Origin: an uncultured Clostridia bacterium | GTDB taxonomy: Bacteria > Acidobacteriota > Blastocatellia > UBA7656 > JADIYM01 | NCBI GenBank assembly: GCA_964591515.1 | Contig: CAZQBW010000003.1 | Coordinates: forward strand, 1 to 61,895 | DNA length: 61,895 nt | Direction of reading: 5' to 3' | Shown here: positions 39,833 through 50,400 of the stretch, piece after piece | How positions within the stretch are numbered: position 1 is the stretch's first letter | Layout of the letters: every line of letters begins with the position of its first letter | Notes under the pieces: generated by a model | What the model saw: the letters and a program-made list of their open reading frames with translations, nothing else | What the model was told of the DNA's origin: nothing | The model's database searches: none | Translations under genes and position numbers: made by a program

Positions 39833-39838
39833 GGTGGA

Positions 39839-40768
39839 TCAGAGCAGCGAAAGATCGGGGATCCAGAAGACGCGACCGCCGCTCGCGACCTTCTTGAGCC
39901 CGAGTGACGGAAGCGTTTCCTCGGCGACGCCGAGGTAAGTGAAGTGAGGCAGATCGCTGACGACGGTCTGAAACCAGCCGTGGCGCGACAGGATCCGGCG
40001 GACTTCCGCGTTCTCGAACTGCGAGACGTCGAGCGCGAGCATGGACAGGTGCTGCGACGTTCCGGGCGCGGCGACCGAATAGAGAATTGACTTGTCGAAA
40101 CCGGTGCTGAAGTAGACGCCGCGCTTCTCGAGGGCGAGAACTTCGGGGATCTGGTCTCGCGGCGACAGGGAGCGAATGCGGTCGCGCTCCGCCGGTGTGA
40201 GCCGATTCCTCGCGACCCAGTGATCGAGCGCCGGATCGACGCGACTCGTCCATAAGCGGACCGTGTCGTCGTAGCCGCGGCGCGCACCATCGGCACCTCG
40301 CGGGGTGATGTCGAGCCGAGCGGCCTTCGCCTCGGCGCGCGCGGCGAGCAGCGCCTTCATCGCGGGCGCCTGCAACTCTATCGTGATGCCGCCGACCGAT
40401 TCCTTCTCGATGTCGACACTCGATTGCCAGAGCCTTACCTGATCCTCGCTCGAGAAGACCACCGTGGGAGGTGCGACCGCCGTTGTCACGAACACGGCGC
40501 CGTAGTCAGCGAGGATCCGCATCTGTACGGGGTCGTTCCGATCGATGGCGACATTCGACCCGAGCAGGGCGGCCAGGCTCGGTCCCGAGGGGTGCTGTTC
40601 GCTCGTGCCCTCTGCCGGGCCGTTGGCATTCGATGGATCTCCGGCGACTTCCATCTTGGGACTCTGCTCCCATCGCGACTGGACGAATTGGGTTCCGAAC
40701 ACCACGAGTGCGCCGAGGGCGGCAACGCTCAGAGCGGTTCGGACGAGTACGGGGCTGCGTGACGGCAT
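39839..40768 (-). CDS. Membrane-anchored M15/VanY-like Zn peptidase (D,D- or L,D-carboxypeptidase-like)
   Basis: N-terminal TM; APGTSQHLSMLALDV and SDLPHF resemble the SxH...D and ExxH motifs of M15. Confidence 0.65.
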   Translation of the reverse strand: MPSRSPVLVRTALSVAALGALVVFGTQFVQSRWEQSPKMEVAGDPSNANGPAEGTSEQHPSGPSLAALLGSNVAIDRNDPVQMRILADYGAVFVTTAVAPPTVVFSSEDQVRLWQSSVDIEKESVGGITIELQAPAMKALLAARAEAKAARLDITPRGADGARRGYDDTVRLWTSRVDPALDHWVARNRLTPAERDRIRSLSPRDQIPEVLALEKRGVYFSTGFDKSILYSVAAPGTSQHLSMLALDVSQFENAEVRRILSRHGWFQTVVSDLPHFTYLGVAEETLPSLGLKKVASGGRVFWIPDLSLL

Positions 40769-40840
40769 GTGGGCGTATCGTGGCGGAAGCGTTGCCTTTC
40801 CCGAACAGGCTAGTCCCGGTCGCGAGACCCGTCAATGAAC

Positions 40841-40973
40841 AAGAGAGGCGTGGCCGTACAGAGAGCACAGAGTCACAGAGAGCTCAGAGTCTCCGAATCA
40901 GCAGAATCACGGAAGTATTCGAATCTCTGTGCTCTTTGTGACTCTGTGCTCTCTGTACGGCCACGCCACTCTT
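40841..40973. repeat. CACAGAG-family palindrome, tail-to-tail type
   Basis: GGCGTGGCCGTACAGAGAGCACAGAGTCACA pairs with TGTGACTCTGTGCTCTCTGTACGGCCACGCC. Confidence 0.88.
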
Positions 40974-41023
40974 GACCCGCGTGCGGATGTTGCGGCGCGG
41001 CGATGGAGGCACGCCTGCGCCAT

Positions 41024-41052
41024 TTGACTCGACACGGTGCTGACCGTAGCCT
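41024..41052 (+). promoter_or_regulatory. Sigma70-type promoter TTGACT-17-TAGCCT
   Basis: Correct spacing, 28 nt before the kinase ATG. Confidence 0.55.
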
Positions 41053-41080
41053 GTCAGCGCTGTCGGACGGAATTCCTTCC

Positions 41081-43063
41081 ATGACCTGCACCGCCTGCGG
41101 AACACAGATGAGCGACGGGGCCAGGTTCTGCCCCCGATGCGGTGCGTCCACGCCGACGGGTCAGGCGCCTCCGATGGCTACGGCCGTGCGCAGCGACTGG
41201 AACGATGCCGGACCCACGTTCGTCGGGAACTCGATGATCGGCCGGACGATCGAGGGCAAGTACCGGCTGGACGCGCTTCTCGGAGAGGGCGGCATGGGGT
41301 GCGTCTACCGCGCCACGCGGCTTCTCATCGGCGACACGGTCGCGATCAAGATCCTGCATTCCGATACGATGCGCGATCCGAACGCGATCGAGCGCTTCCG
41401 CCGCGAGGCGCAGGCGGCTGCGCGGCTCAAGCACCCGAACGTGGTGGCGATTTACGACTTCGGGGTCGGCGCCGACGACTCGGTGTACCTCGTCATGGAG
41501 ATGGCCGACGGCGAAGACCTTCGGCGGCTCATCGAGAGGCACGGAAAACTGTCGCTGAGTGTTGCGTCCGAGCTGCTCGATCAGCTCTGTTCGGCGCTCG
41601 ACGAGGCGCACCAGCGCAGCATCGTCCATCGCGATCTGAAGCCCGAGAACATTCTCGTTCGCTCGACGCCGAACGGTTATCGCGTGAAGGTTCTCGACTT
41701 CGGCATCGCGAAGCTCAAGGACCTGTCGACGACCTCTGCAACGCTCACGCAGGTTGGCACGGTCATCGGCACACCGGCGTACATGTCGCCGGAGCAGTGC
41801 CGCGGACGCGAGGTGGACAGCCGCTCGGACATCTACAGCCTCGGGATCATCCTGTACGAGATGCTGACCGGCAGCGTGCCGTTCTACGCGAAACACTCGG
41901 CCGAGGTCGTCGCGCAGCACGTCAGCGAACTGCCGCCGCCACCGAGTGCGAGAAACCCGGCGATTCCCCCGGCGGTGGAGGCCGTCGTCATGCGGGCGCT
42001 CCAGAAGCATCCTGAAGCGCGGCAACAGACCGCTGGCGAGTTTGCGAAGGAGCTCGCCACGGCTGTGCGTGCGGCAAGTGCCGCGCCCCAGGCGACTGAG
42101 GCGATGCCGCTGGCTCCCGCGCCGTTCACGGTTCCCGTGATACAGGCACCGACCTCCGCTGTCACGCCGACCGCTCCGCAGCAGCAACCGTATCCGTCGC
42201 CGCTGGCGCACCTCCAGGGAGACGCGCCACTCTCCAATCCCGGGGCGCCCGCGGTGCAAGTACCGGGACCCACATATGCGAGAACGGCTGTGGAGATGCC
42301 GGCGGGTCAGATGCCAAATGCGCCGGCGCATCAGGTGCAACAGTACCAGGCGCCCCCAAGATCGGGCATGTCGGCGCTGGCCAAGGTCGTGCTGGGTGTC
42401 GTGCTGCTGGCCATCGGCGTCGGACTCGGGATCGGGGCGAAGTTCCTGATCGAGCGGGTGATGGAGCAACGTGCGGGCGGGGGAGTGACGAACGTCAACG
42501 CCGGAACCGGGCCCGGCGGTGGCGAGGTGAAGCCTCCGACGAACGGCGGCATCGACACGAGACCTTTCGGGAACACGAACACGGAGCAGAACGGGAACCA
42601 GGCGTCGAACGTCAATTCGAACACGTCGAACGGGAACGCGAACCAGAACACTAACTCCGGATCGGGGACGCGGTCGGGACGCGTGACCGCATCGAAGGTG
42701 ACGGTACGAGATGCACCGAGCATCCGCGGCGCGGCCATCGGGCTGCTCGATGCCAGCGAGCGAGTCGAGATCCTCGACGAGAGCGAGAACACCAGTGCCA
42801 ACGAAGGCATGATGGCGCGCGATGCGCCGTTCAACGGCGAAGGCGGGGGCACGCCGCCGTCATTGCCTAGCGGGCGCGGCGTCATCGTGCTTCGCGACGC
42901 TGGCGACTCGTACTACGTGGAGACCACGGACAAGGGACGGACCATCCGCGGCTACGTCTTCAAGCGCGATGTCACGTCGGGGACGAAGCTGTGGTTCCGC
43001 GTCCGGAGCGCGAGCGGCAAGTCGGGGTGGGTGAACGCGCAATTCGTGGCGGTTGATCGGTAG
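41081..43063 (+). CDS. Zinc-ribbon - Ser/Thr kinase - TM - SH3b protein (660 aa)
   Basis: CTAC/CPRC; GEGGMGCVY, HRDLKPEN, DFG, GTPAYMSPEQ; TM VVLGVVLLAIGVGLGIG; Asn-rich linker; VTVRDAPS...WFRV...GWVNAQFV. Confidence 0.9.
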   Translation: MTCTACGTQMSDGARFCPRCGASTPTGQAPPMATAVRSDWNDAGPTFVGNSMIGRTIEGKYRLDALLGEGGMGCVYRATRLLIGDTVAIKILHSDTMRDPNAIERFRREAQAAARLKHPNVVAIYDFGVGADDSVYLVMEMADGEDLRRLIERHGKLSLSVASELLDQLCSALDEAHQRSIVHRDLKPENILVRSTPNGYRVKVLDFGIAKLKDLSTTSATLTQVGTVIGTPAYMSPEQCRGREVDSRSDIYSLGIILYEMLTGSVPFYAKHSAEVVAQHVSELPPPPSARNPAIPPAVEAVVMRALQKHPEARQQTAGEFAKELATAVRAASAAPQATEAMPLAPAPFTVPVIQAPTSAVTPTAPQQQPYPSPLAHLQGDAPLSNPGAPAVQVPGPTYARTAVEMPAGQMPNAPAHQVQQYQAPPRSGMSALAKVVLGVVLLAIGVGLGIGAKFLIERVMEQRAGGGVTNVNAGTGPGGGEVKPPTNGGIDTRPFGNTNTEQNGNQASNVNSNTSNGNANQNTNSGSGTRSGRVTASKVTVRDAPSIRGAAIGLLDASERVEILDESENTSANEGMMARDAPFNGEGGGTPPSLPSGRGVIVLRDAGDSYYVETTDKGRTIRGYVFKRDVTSGTKLWFRVRSASGKSGWVNAQFVAVDR

Positions 43064-43072
43064 AAGGACTTG

Positions 43073-43160
43073 CTCCGTGCTCTCCGTGCCTCCGTGCTCT
43101 CTGTATGGCACGCCATTGCCGTTGGCATACAGAGAGCACAGAGGCACAGAGAGCGCTGAG
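43073..43160. repeat. CACAGAG-family palindrome, head-to-head type
   Basis: CTCTCTGTATGGCACGCCATTGCCGTTGGCATACAGAGAG. Confidence 0.85.
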
Positions 43161-43180
43161 ACCCGGTTGAAGCAGCGTTA

Positions 43181-43915
43181 ATGAGTCAAGCGACCGAACC
43201 GAAAGAATCGATCTATTCGCCCGACTTTCTGCGGTCGCTCTTCGACGAGATGTCCGGGTCGTACGATCGCGTGAACTACCTCACGTCGTTCGGGTTTTCG
43301 CAGCGCTTCCGTAGGCAGTTCATCGAGAAGGCCGAGCTCCAGGAGGGCTTTGCCGTATGCGATCTGATGTGCGGTGGAGGCGAGTGCTGGCCGTTCATCC
43401 TGCCCGGCATCGGGTCGGCCGGGACGTTGCTCGCGCTCGACCTGTCTCCGGGAATGCTAGCCGCCGCGAGGCAGCGCCACGCCCGCACGCCGCACGCTGG
43501 TATCTCGATCGTCGAAGGGAATGCGCTCGCGACGGGTATTCCCGATGAATCGATGGACCGGGTGCTCGTGGCGTTTGGTCTCAAGACGCTCGCCGACGAG
43601 TTTCGGCCCGGCCTGGCGAGCGAGGTCCACCGCATCCTGCGGCCCGGAGGTGTGGTCTCGGCGATCGAGCTGACGGAGCCGAGGCAGTGGAGCCTGCGGC
43701 CGTTGTACATGTGGTACCTGAAGAGTGTCGTGCCGATGCTGGGTCGGCTCCTTCTGGGAAACCCCGAGAACTACCGGATGCTGGGCGTCTACACGGAACG
43801 GTTTCAGGGGTGCGAGCCCGTGGTAGCGGCCCTGCGTGAAGCGGGCCTCGAAGCCGAGCTCGTGAGCTTCTTCCACGGATGTGCGACTGGCGTCGTGGGG
43901 AGAAAACCGGGCTAG
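43181..43915 (+). CDS. Class I SAM-dependent methyltransferase, UbiE/MenG-like
   Basis: YDRVNYLTSFG, DLMCGGG, LDLSPGML, EGNAL, RILRPGG. Confidence 0.8.
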   Translation: MSQATEPKESIYSPDFLRSLFDEMSGSYDRVNYLTSFGFSQRFRRQFIEKAELQEGFAVCDLMCGGGECWPFILPGIGSAGTLLALDLSPGMLAAARQRHARTPHAGISIVEGNALATGIPDESMDRVLVAFGLKTLADEFRPGLASEVHRILRPGGVVSAIELTEPRQWSLRPLYMWYLKSVVPMLGRLLLGNPENYRMLGVYTERFQGCEPVVAALREAGLEAELVSFFHGCATGVVGRKPG

Positions 43916-43924
43916 CTCGCGGTC

Positions 43925-44018
43925 TTCCTCCGTGAACCCCGTGCCTCTGTGCTCTCCGTATGGCAGCGCCGTTGGCATCGGCATACGGAGAGCACAGAGA
44001 CACAAAGGTCACGGAAAG
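43925..44018. repeat. CACAGAG-family palindrome, head-to-head type
   Basis: CTCTGTGCTCTCCGTATGGC...GGCATACGGAGAGCACAGAG between convergent stops. Confidence 0.85.
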
Positions 44019-44032
44019 ATGAACATCAGATC

Positions 44033-44998
44033 CTAGACACGTCCTGGAGCCGTCCGCAGCGTCGCGACGTGCGCTTCGACCGACCGCCCGAGCGCGTTCA
44101 GGTTGTAGCCGCCCTCGAGCAGACTGACGAGCCTGCCCCCCGAGTGCCGCGCCGCCCAGTCGATCACGACCTCCGTCATCTTCCGGTACCCGTCATCCGA
44201 AACGAGCGTCGCCGACAGCGGATCCTCCGCGTGCGCGTCGAACCCTGCCGACACGAGGACCAGCTCCGGCCTGAAAACGTCGATCGCCTGCGTCATCGGT
44301 CCCTCGAGCGCTGCGATCCACTCCCGGTCTCCGGTTCCCGCCTCCATCGGAACGTTGAGCGTCGCGCCCTCGCCCGCACCGAGCCCGCGCTCGGACGCCG
44401 CACCCGTTCCCGGGTAAAGCGGAAACTGGTGGATCGAGAGATAGAACACACCCGGGTCGTGTTCGAACGTGTGCTGGGTCCCGTTGCCGTGATGCACGTC
44501 CCAATCGAGGATGGCCACGCGCTCGAGCCCGTGTGCGCGCCTCGCGTGCTCGGCCGCGACGGCAACGTTGTTGAAGAGGCAGAAGCCCATCGCGACGTCG
44601 CGCTCGGCGTGGTGACCGGGTGGACGCACGGCACAGAACACGGCGTCCGACTCGCCATTCATGACTAGGTCGACGGCCTGGCACGCACCGCCCGCCGCCA
44701 GTGTAGCCGCGAGAAAACTCTCCCGAACGACGCCCGTGTCGTAGTCGAGCGAGAGCGGAGCTTCCTCACACGATTGCTCGATGTAAGCGATGTAGTCGAG
44801 GTCGTGCACCGCGCCGAGCTGCTCCGCGGTAGCCAGCGCGGGAGCGACAACGGAGAGCTCGTCCCAGAGTCCGAGGCGCTGGAGCCGGCCCTCGATCGCG
44901 TCGAGCCGGTCGGGAATCTCGGGATGATAGAGCTCGCTCTCGTACGAGCCATTCTGATGGCGGCGAAAATCGGGACTCGATACGAATGAAACCCTCAT
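44033..44998 (-). CDS. Histone deacetylase-family Zn amidohydrolase (321 aa)
   Basis: RPPGHHA, GFCLFNN, DWDVHHGNGTQ, SAGFDAH, LEGGY. Confidence 0.93.
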   Translation of the reverse strand: MRVSFVSSPDFRRHQNGSYESELYHPEIPDRLDAIEGRLQRLGLWDELSVVAPALATAEQLGAVHDLDYIAYIEQSCEEAPLSLDYDTGVVRESFLAATLAAGGACQAVDLVMNGESDAVFCAVRPPGHHAERDVAMGFCLFNNVAVAAEHARRAHGLERVAILDWDVHHGNGTQHTFEHDPGVFYLSIHQFPLYPGTGAASERGLGAGEGATLNVPMEAGTGDREWIAALEGPMTQAIDVFRPELVLVSAGFDAHAEDPLSATLVSDDGYRKMTEVVIDWAARHSGGRLVSLLEGGYNLNALGRSVEAHVATLRTAPGRV

Positions 44999-45347
44999 GC
45001 GAGACACGGTACGCGACCCGATCGGCGGCGCCAAGTCCTCCGAGGCGACCAAATTTGACCCGAGTCGCGCTTGCGCGGGAGCGATTCGTTGACTCTCCCG
45101 ACGGCGTGTGCTATTTCCATCCCACGTTCTAACCAACTGGGTTACTTCGGCGCTCTCAGTCTTCATTCGGCGGCGTCGTGCTTCGGCTTCACCGGGGCCC
45201 GGCGGCTTGTTTCCACACTCCATCAGTTACTGCGGGTCGCGGCCAGATTAGCCTCCGCGGCGCGCGCATTTGCTTCGAACCACCTGGCACTCGCCACGGC
45301 TGGTGCTTACCAGACGACGGACACTCGCGAACCCGAGGATCACGACG

Positions 45348-47438
45348 ATGTGTTGGACGCGTACACGAACGCTCCTGATTTCGGTGGCCATTCTCCTCCT
45401 CCTTCCGCCCGTCTCGGGTGGTGCCGTGAAGGCATCTCCGCAGGACGGCGCAGTCGCGACCGCGACTGACGTGAAGGATTCGGCAATGCCGAAGCAGGAG
45501 CCAGATTCGCCAAAGCCCGCTGCCGATGCGAAACACGCTGAGGACGCGAAGCACGCGAAGCCAGCCGACGGCAACGATGTGCACGGCGCCGGGCAGGAGG
45601 CCGGACACGGATCCGAAGGTCACGGTGGCGAAGGCCACTACGACCCGACGAAACGTGCCACCGGTCCCGAGTCCGAAGGCCATCCCCCTGGATTCGCGGG
45701 TCCGTCGACTGTCGAGGCGGACGACGCCGACGAGGATGGTCGCGGGATCCCGAAACCGGACCGCTGGCGCTTCGGCTTCCCGGAGGACACGCGGCACGAG
45801 CACGGCCGCAAGCGCGACCCGTACCACCAGAACGTTCTGAAGGGCGATTACCCGATCAAGGGCAATGACATCTTCATGAACCTGACGCTCGATTCGGTCA
45901 ACGTCGTCGTCGGGAAGCGCGTGCCGAGTCCGAGTAGCGTGAGTGCCGCTCGACCCGGAAGCCGCGACTTCTTCGGCCGCGGCGAGCAGTTCGCGAACGT
46001 CAACAACTGGCGTGCGAGCATCAGCATCTTCAAGGGCGACACTACGTTTCAGCCGGTGAAGTGGGAGATCAAGCTGACCCCGGCGTTCAATTACAGCTAC
46101 GTCCACACCGAGGAAGTCGGCCTGCTCAACGTCGACATCCGGCGCGGGAAGACCCGCGGTGACGGACACGTTTCGCTGCAGGAGGCCTACTTCGAGATGA
46201 AGCTGGCCGACAATCCGCGCCTGTTCCCGTTCCTCCCCCGAAAGGATGGACAGGAGATCGGGAGCCCGAACTACGACTTCAACTCGGTTCGCGCGGGCAT
46301 CCAGCGGTTCACGAGCGATTTCCGCGGCTTCATCTTCTCTGACGAGGAGCCCGGTGTCCGCCTTTTCGGTACGCTCGGCAGCAATCGGTACCAGTACAAC
46401 CTCGCGTACTTCGAGATGCTCGAGAAGGACACGAACTCTGGTCTGAACACGTTCAACTGGCGCCACCAGAGCGTCTACGTGGCGAACCTCTACCGACAGG
46501 ACTTCCTGTTCCACGGGTGGAACGCGAACCTCAGTTTCCATTTCAACAACGACCGTGCCGGCACGAACGACAACGAGGGTGGCGGGAACTTCAAGTTCGA
46601 CGACAACGGATTCCTGGTGCGTCCGGCTGCCATCGGCGACTTCACTCCGCACAACCTGAACGTTGCGTACCTCGGAACGGCGAGCGACGGTCACATCGGC
46701 CGGATCAATGTCAGCCACGCGTTCTACTGGGCGCTCGGCCATGACAGCCACAACCCGATAACGGGACGTCCGGTTCACGTGAATGCCCAGATGGCCGCCC
46801 TCGAGCTGTCGATGGATCGCGACTGGCTAAGACCGAAGGCATCGTTCTTCTGGTCGTCGGGCGACTCGAATCCGCGCGACACGGTCGCCCGCGGCTTCGA
46901 CTCGATTCTCGACAACGTGAACTTTGCCGGCGGCGGTGGTGGCTTCATCGTCAATCCGACGAACACGCAGCAGGATCGCGTCCTCATCAACCCGCCGATT
47001 CCGATTGCCATCAGCTTCTGGAACCGCGAGTCGATCCGGTTGACCGGCTCGAACGTTGCACTCCAGCAGCCGGGGAGTCTCGTCCCGAGTCTTCGAAGCA
47101 GCAAGGAGCAGGGGCAGTCGAACTTCGTCAATCCCGGCATATACATCGCGTCGCTTGGCGCGGATGCCAAGCTCACGCCAAAGCTGCTCACGACGTTCAA
47201 CGTGAACTACCTCCGGTTCCACCGGACAGAGTCGATCCAGCAGGTACTGTTCCAGCAGACCATACGCAAGGAGATCGGCTTCGACTACAGCGCCGGCTTC
47301 CAGTATCGGCCGTACCTGAATGAGCAGTGGATCATCCTTGGAGGCGTCTCGGTACTCGTGCCGGGGCAGGGCCTCAAGGACATCTACACATCGCCAACGA
47401 TCTACTCGGGCTTCCTCGCGGTGAAGTTCGCCTACTGA
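45348..47438 (+). CDS. Predicted outer-membrane beta-barrel protein with His-rich N-terminal region (696 aa)
   Basis: GAGGA RBS; signal ending VKA; amphipathic aromatic-rich strands throughout; C-terminal GFLAVKFAY fits the barrel signature. Confidence 0.7.
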   Translation: MCWTRTRTLLISVAILLLLPPVSGGAVKASPQDGAVATATDVKDSAMPKQEPDSPKPAADAKHAEDAKHAKPADGNDVHGAGQEAGHGSEGHGGEGHYDPTKRATGPESEGHPPGFAGPSTVEADDADEDGRGIPKPDRWRFGFPEDTRHEHGRKRDPYHQNVLKGDYPIKGNDIFMNLTLDSVNVVVGKRVPSPSSVSAARPGSRDFFGRGEQFANVNNWRASISIFKGDTTFQPVKWEIKLTPAFNYSYVHTEEVGLLNVDIRRGKTRGDGHVSLQEAYFEMKLADNPRLFPFLPRKDGQEIGSPNYDFNSVRAGIQRFTSDFRGFIFSDEEPGVRLFGTLGSNRYQYNLAYFEMLEKDTNSGLNTFNWRHQSVYVANLYRQDFLFHGWNANLSFHFNNDRAGTNDNEGGGNFKFDDNGFLVRPAAIGDFTPHNLNVAYLGTASDGHIGRINVSHAFYWALGHDSHNPITGRPVHVNAQMAALELSMDRDWLRPKASFFWSSGDSNPRDTVARGFDSILDNVNFAGGGGGFIVNPTNTQQDRVLINPPIPIAISFWNRESIRLTGSNVALQQPGSLVPSLRSSKEQGQSNFVNPGIYIASLGADAKLTPKLLTTFNVNYLRFHRTESIQQVLFQQTIRKEIGFDYSAGFQYRPYLNEQWIILGGVSVLVPGQGLKDIYTSPTIYSGFLAVKFAY

Positions 47439-47479
47439 TCGATCCCGACAGGGTTCCCATCCATAGTTTTCGAGGGGCT

Positions 47480-50400
47480 ATGATCACCGAAACGAAGCGA
47501 ATCGTCGTCGCTGGGTCCTTCGTGGCCATCGCGCTTGTTGCCATTGCCAGCGGTCGAGGCCCATCGGCCCCGAATCCGCAGGAACCGGCCGCCGCGCCAG
47601 CCGCTGCCAAACAGGCCGAGCCGGCCGCCAAGCCGGCCGAGAAGGTGATTCCCAAGGGATCATTCGACTCGGGTCAGAAGCAGACCGAAGCGGATCGCAA
47701 GAGCGCCGGCTGCGTGAGCTGTCACGGCTTCAACAAGGACAGCGAGCCTTACTCGATGCATCCGTTCGGGCCCGACAACATCGGGTGTGCCGACTGCCAC
47801 GGCGGGAGCTTCGACGTCATGAAGCCCGAAGGCACGACGCACGGCAACCCGGCGTTCGAGGATGCCAAGAAGAAGGCCCACGTCCAGCCGCGTGATCCCG
47901 AAGCCTGGTACGGGGACGACGATGCCGATGGCTCGGCAAATCCCGTGCGGATGACGGCTGGAACCAATCGCGAGAGCATCGAGTTCATCCAGTTCGTGAA
48001 CCCTGGCGACCTGCGAGTTGCCGGCCGCACCTGCGGGACAGCCGGCTGCCACGAGAAGGAAGTCGGTCTCGTCGACACGAGCATGATGAAGACGGGGCAG
48101 TTGCTCTGGGAGGCCGCGCTCTACAACAACGGCGGTTTCCACCTCAAGAATGCGCGATTCGGCGAGAGCTACACGCAGGCAGGCCAGCCCGAGCGGATCT
48201 ATCCGACGGAAGAAAACCGCGTGACGCCTGAGTCTGCGTGGATGAGCCTGATGCTGCGAGGCATCGTGCCGTACCTCGATCCGCTCCCGCGTTGGGAGAT
48301 CTCGCAGCCCGGCAACGTGCTACGAGTATTCGAACACGGCGAAGACCGCCTGAGCCTGCGCGGTTTCGGCACCGGCAACCGCACGGACCCGGTCTTCCTG
48401 GGCCTGCAGAAGACGCGCCTCTTGGACCCGACGCTGAACTTCCTCGGAACGAACGATCAGCCGGGCGACTACCGCTCGAGTGGCTGCACGGCGTGCCACG
48501 TTACGTATTTCAACGATCGGCAGGCGTCGCACGGTGCGGTTGTTCCGCTCAGCGACTTCCGGACGGACGGCAGCAACCGCGGTGTCACACGGACGACCGA
48601 TCCGATGATCGGCCGGCCCGAGAAGGCCGACGAGCCCGGCCATCCGATCCGCCACATCCTCACGAACAACATCCCGTCCAGCTCGTGCATGGTCTGCCAC
48701 ATGCACCCCGGCACGAACATGGTGACGACCTACTACGGCATGACGTGGTGGGACAACGAGACCGACGGCCACCAGATGTACCCGGACAAGATCAAGAAGC
48801 TGTCCGAGGAGGAGAGGCAGGCGATCAACCACCGCAACCCGGAAGAAGCCGCGCAGCGCGGCAAATGGGGTGACGTGGACTTCCTCGCCGACGTCGGCAA
48901 GCCCGGCGGCGAGATCAACAAGAACCTGACGAAGACGCAGTTCGGCGACTTCCACGGCCATGGCTGGGTCTATCGCGCCGTGTTCAAGGTGGATCGGCAC
49001 GGCAATTACCTCGACCACAGTGGCAAGGTAGTTCCCAAGGTCGACGGCGAATCGCTCGCCGCGGCGATGCATCCCGAAACCGATCCTGCGACGGGCCTTC
49101 CGATGCTCAAGGACGGCACTCCCGTCCACATGCAGGACATCCACCTCGAGATGGGCATGCAGTGCGTGGACTGCCACTTCTCAGGTGACGGTCACGGCAC
49201 CGGCAACCTGCACACCGAAGTTCGCGCGGCGATCGAGATCGATTGCATCGACTGCCACGGCGCGATGGACAAGGTTGCGACGCTCCGCACATCGGGGCCC
49301 GCGGCCGACACGGACAAGGCCGGCAAACGAGGCCGCGATCTGACGAAGATGAAGACGAAATTCCGGGTCGATGGAAAGGATCGCGAAGTTCCGATCTTCC
49401 AGAGGCTTGCGAAGGACGTGAAGCCGGGCGAGAAGATCCCGCGCAACGGCAACACGACGAGCGTTCCGCTCTACAAGGGTGAGGTCATCCAGGCGTCCTA
49501 CACCGATCCGGCCAAGTGGTGGCGGGTCAAGCAGACAAAGGACACCGTCGTAAAGAACGCGCAGCGGCCTGACGACTACAGCGAACTGTCCGCCTACGCC
49601 AAGACTGTCCAGGTCGACAACCAGACGTGGGGCGATCCGACGGCGGGTGACGACAAGGTCGCGCATCCCGACAGCGAGATGACTTGCTTCGCGTGCCACA
49701 CGTCGTGGACGACCGCGTGCTTCGGCTGTCACCTGCCGATGCGGGCGACGAAGCGCGAGGAAATGAAGCACAACGAAGGTGCGCCGTCGCGGAACTGGAC
49801 GAACTACAACTTCCAGACTCTGAGGGACGACATCTACATGCTCGGCCGAGACGGTACGGTCTCCGGCAACCGCATCGGTCCGATCCGCTCCTCGTGCGCC
49901 GTGCTCGTCAGCTCGGCGAGCATCAACCGCGAGTGGTTCTATTCGCAGCAGCAGACGATCTCGGCCGAGGGCTACTCGGGTCAGGCCTTCAGCTCGTACG
50001 TTCCGCACACCGTGCGCGGAAAGGGCGAAACGAAGCTCTGCAGCGATTGCCACGTTTCGAAGGACAACAACAACAACGCGATCCTGGCGCAGCTGACCCT
50101 TCAGGGCGCCAATGCCGCGAACTTCATCGGTCGACTGGCCTATGTCGCTGAGGAGGGCGGAGGCTTCGAAGCCATCGCAGTCACCGAACGCGCCGAGCCA
50201 CAAGCCGTGTTCGGGAGCTCGCTGCACAAGATGGCGTTCCCGGAGGAGTACGAGCGGTTCGAGAAGAACGGGCGGAAGCTCACCGAGTCCTACTCGCACC
50301 GGCCCGGCATCGGGAACGAATCGCTGAGCCTTCAGCTCCGCGGTGAGTACATCTACGTCGCGAACGGCGACGGAGGCATGCGTGTCTACGACGTTTCGCG

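Noticed and set aside
43181-43915. Calling this gene ubiE/menG
   Set aside because: Only family-level similarity, a variant motif I (DLMCGGG) and no quinone-pathway context.
45000-45347. Riboswitch or ncRNA upstream of the barrel gene
   Set aside because: No recognisable aptamer consensus or terminator; a covariance search would be needed.
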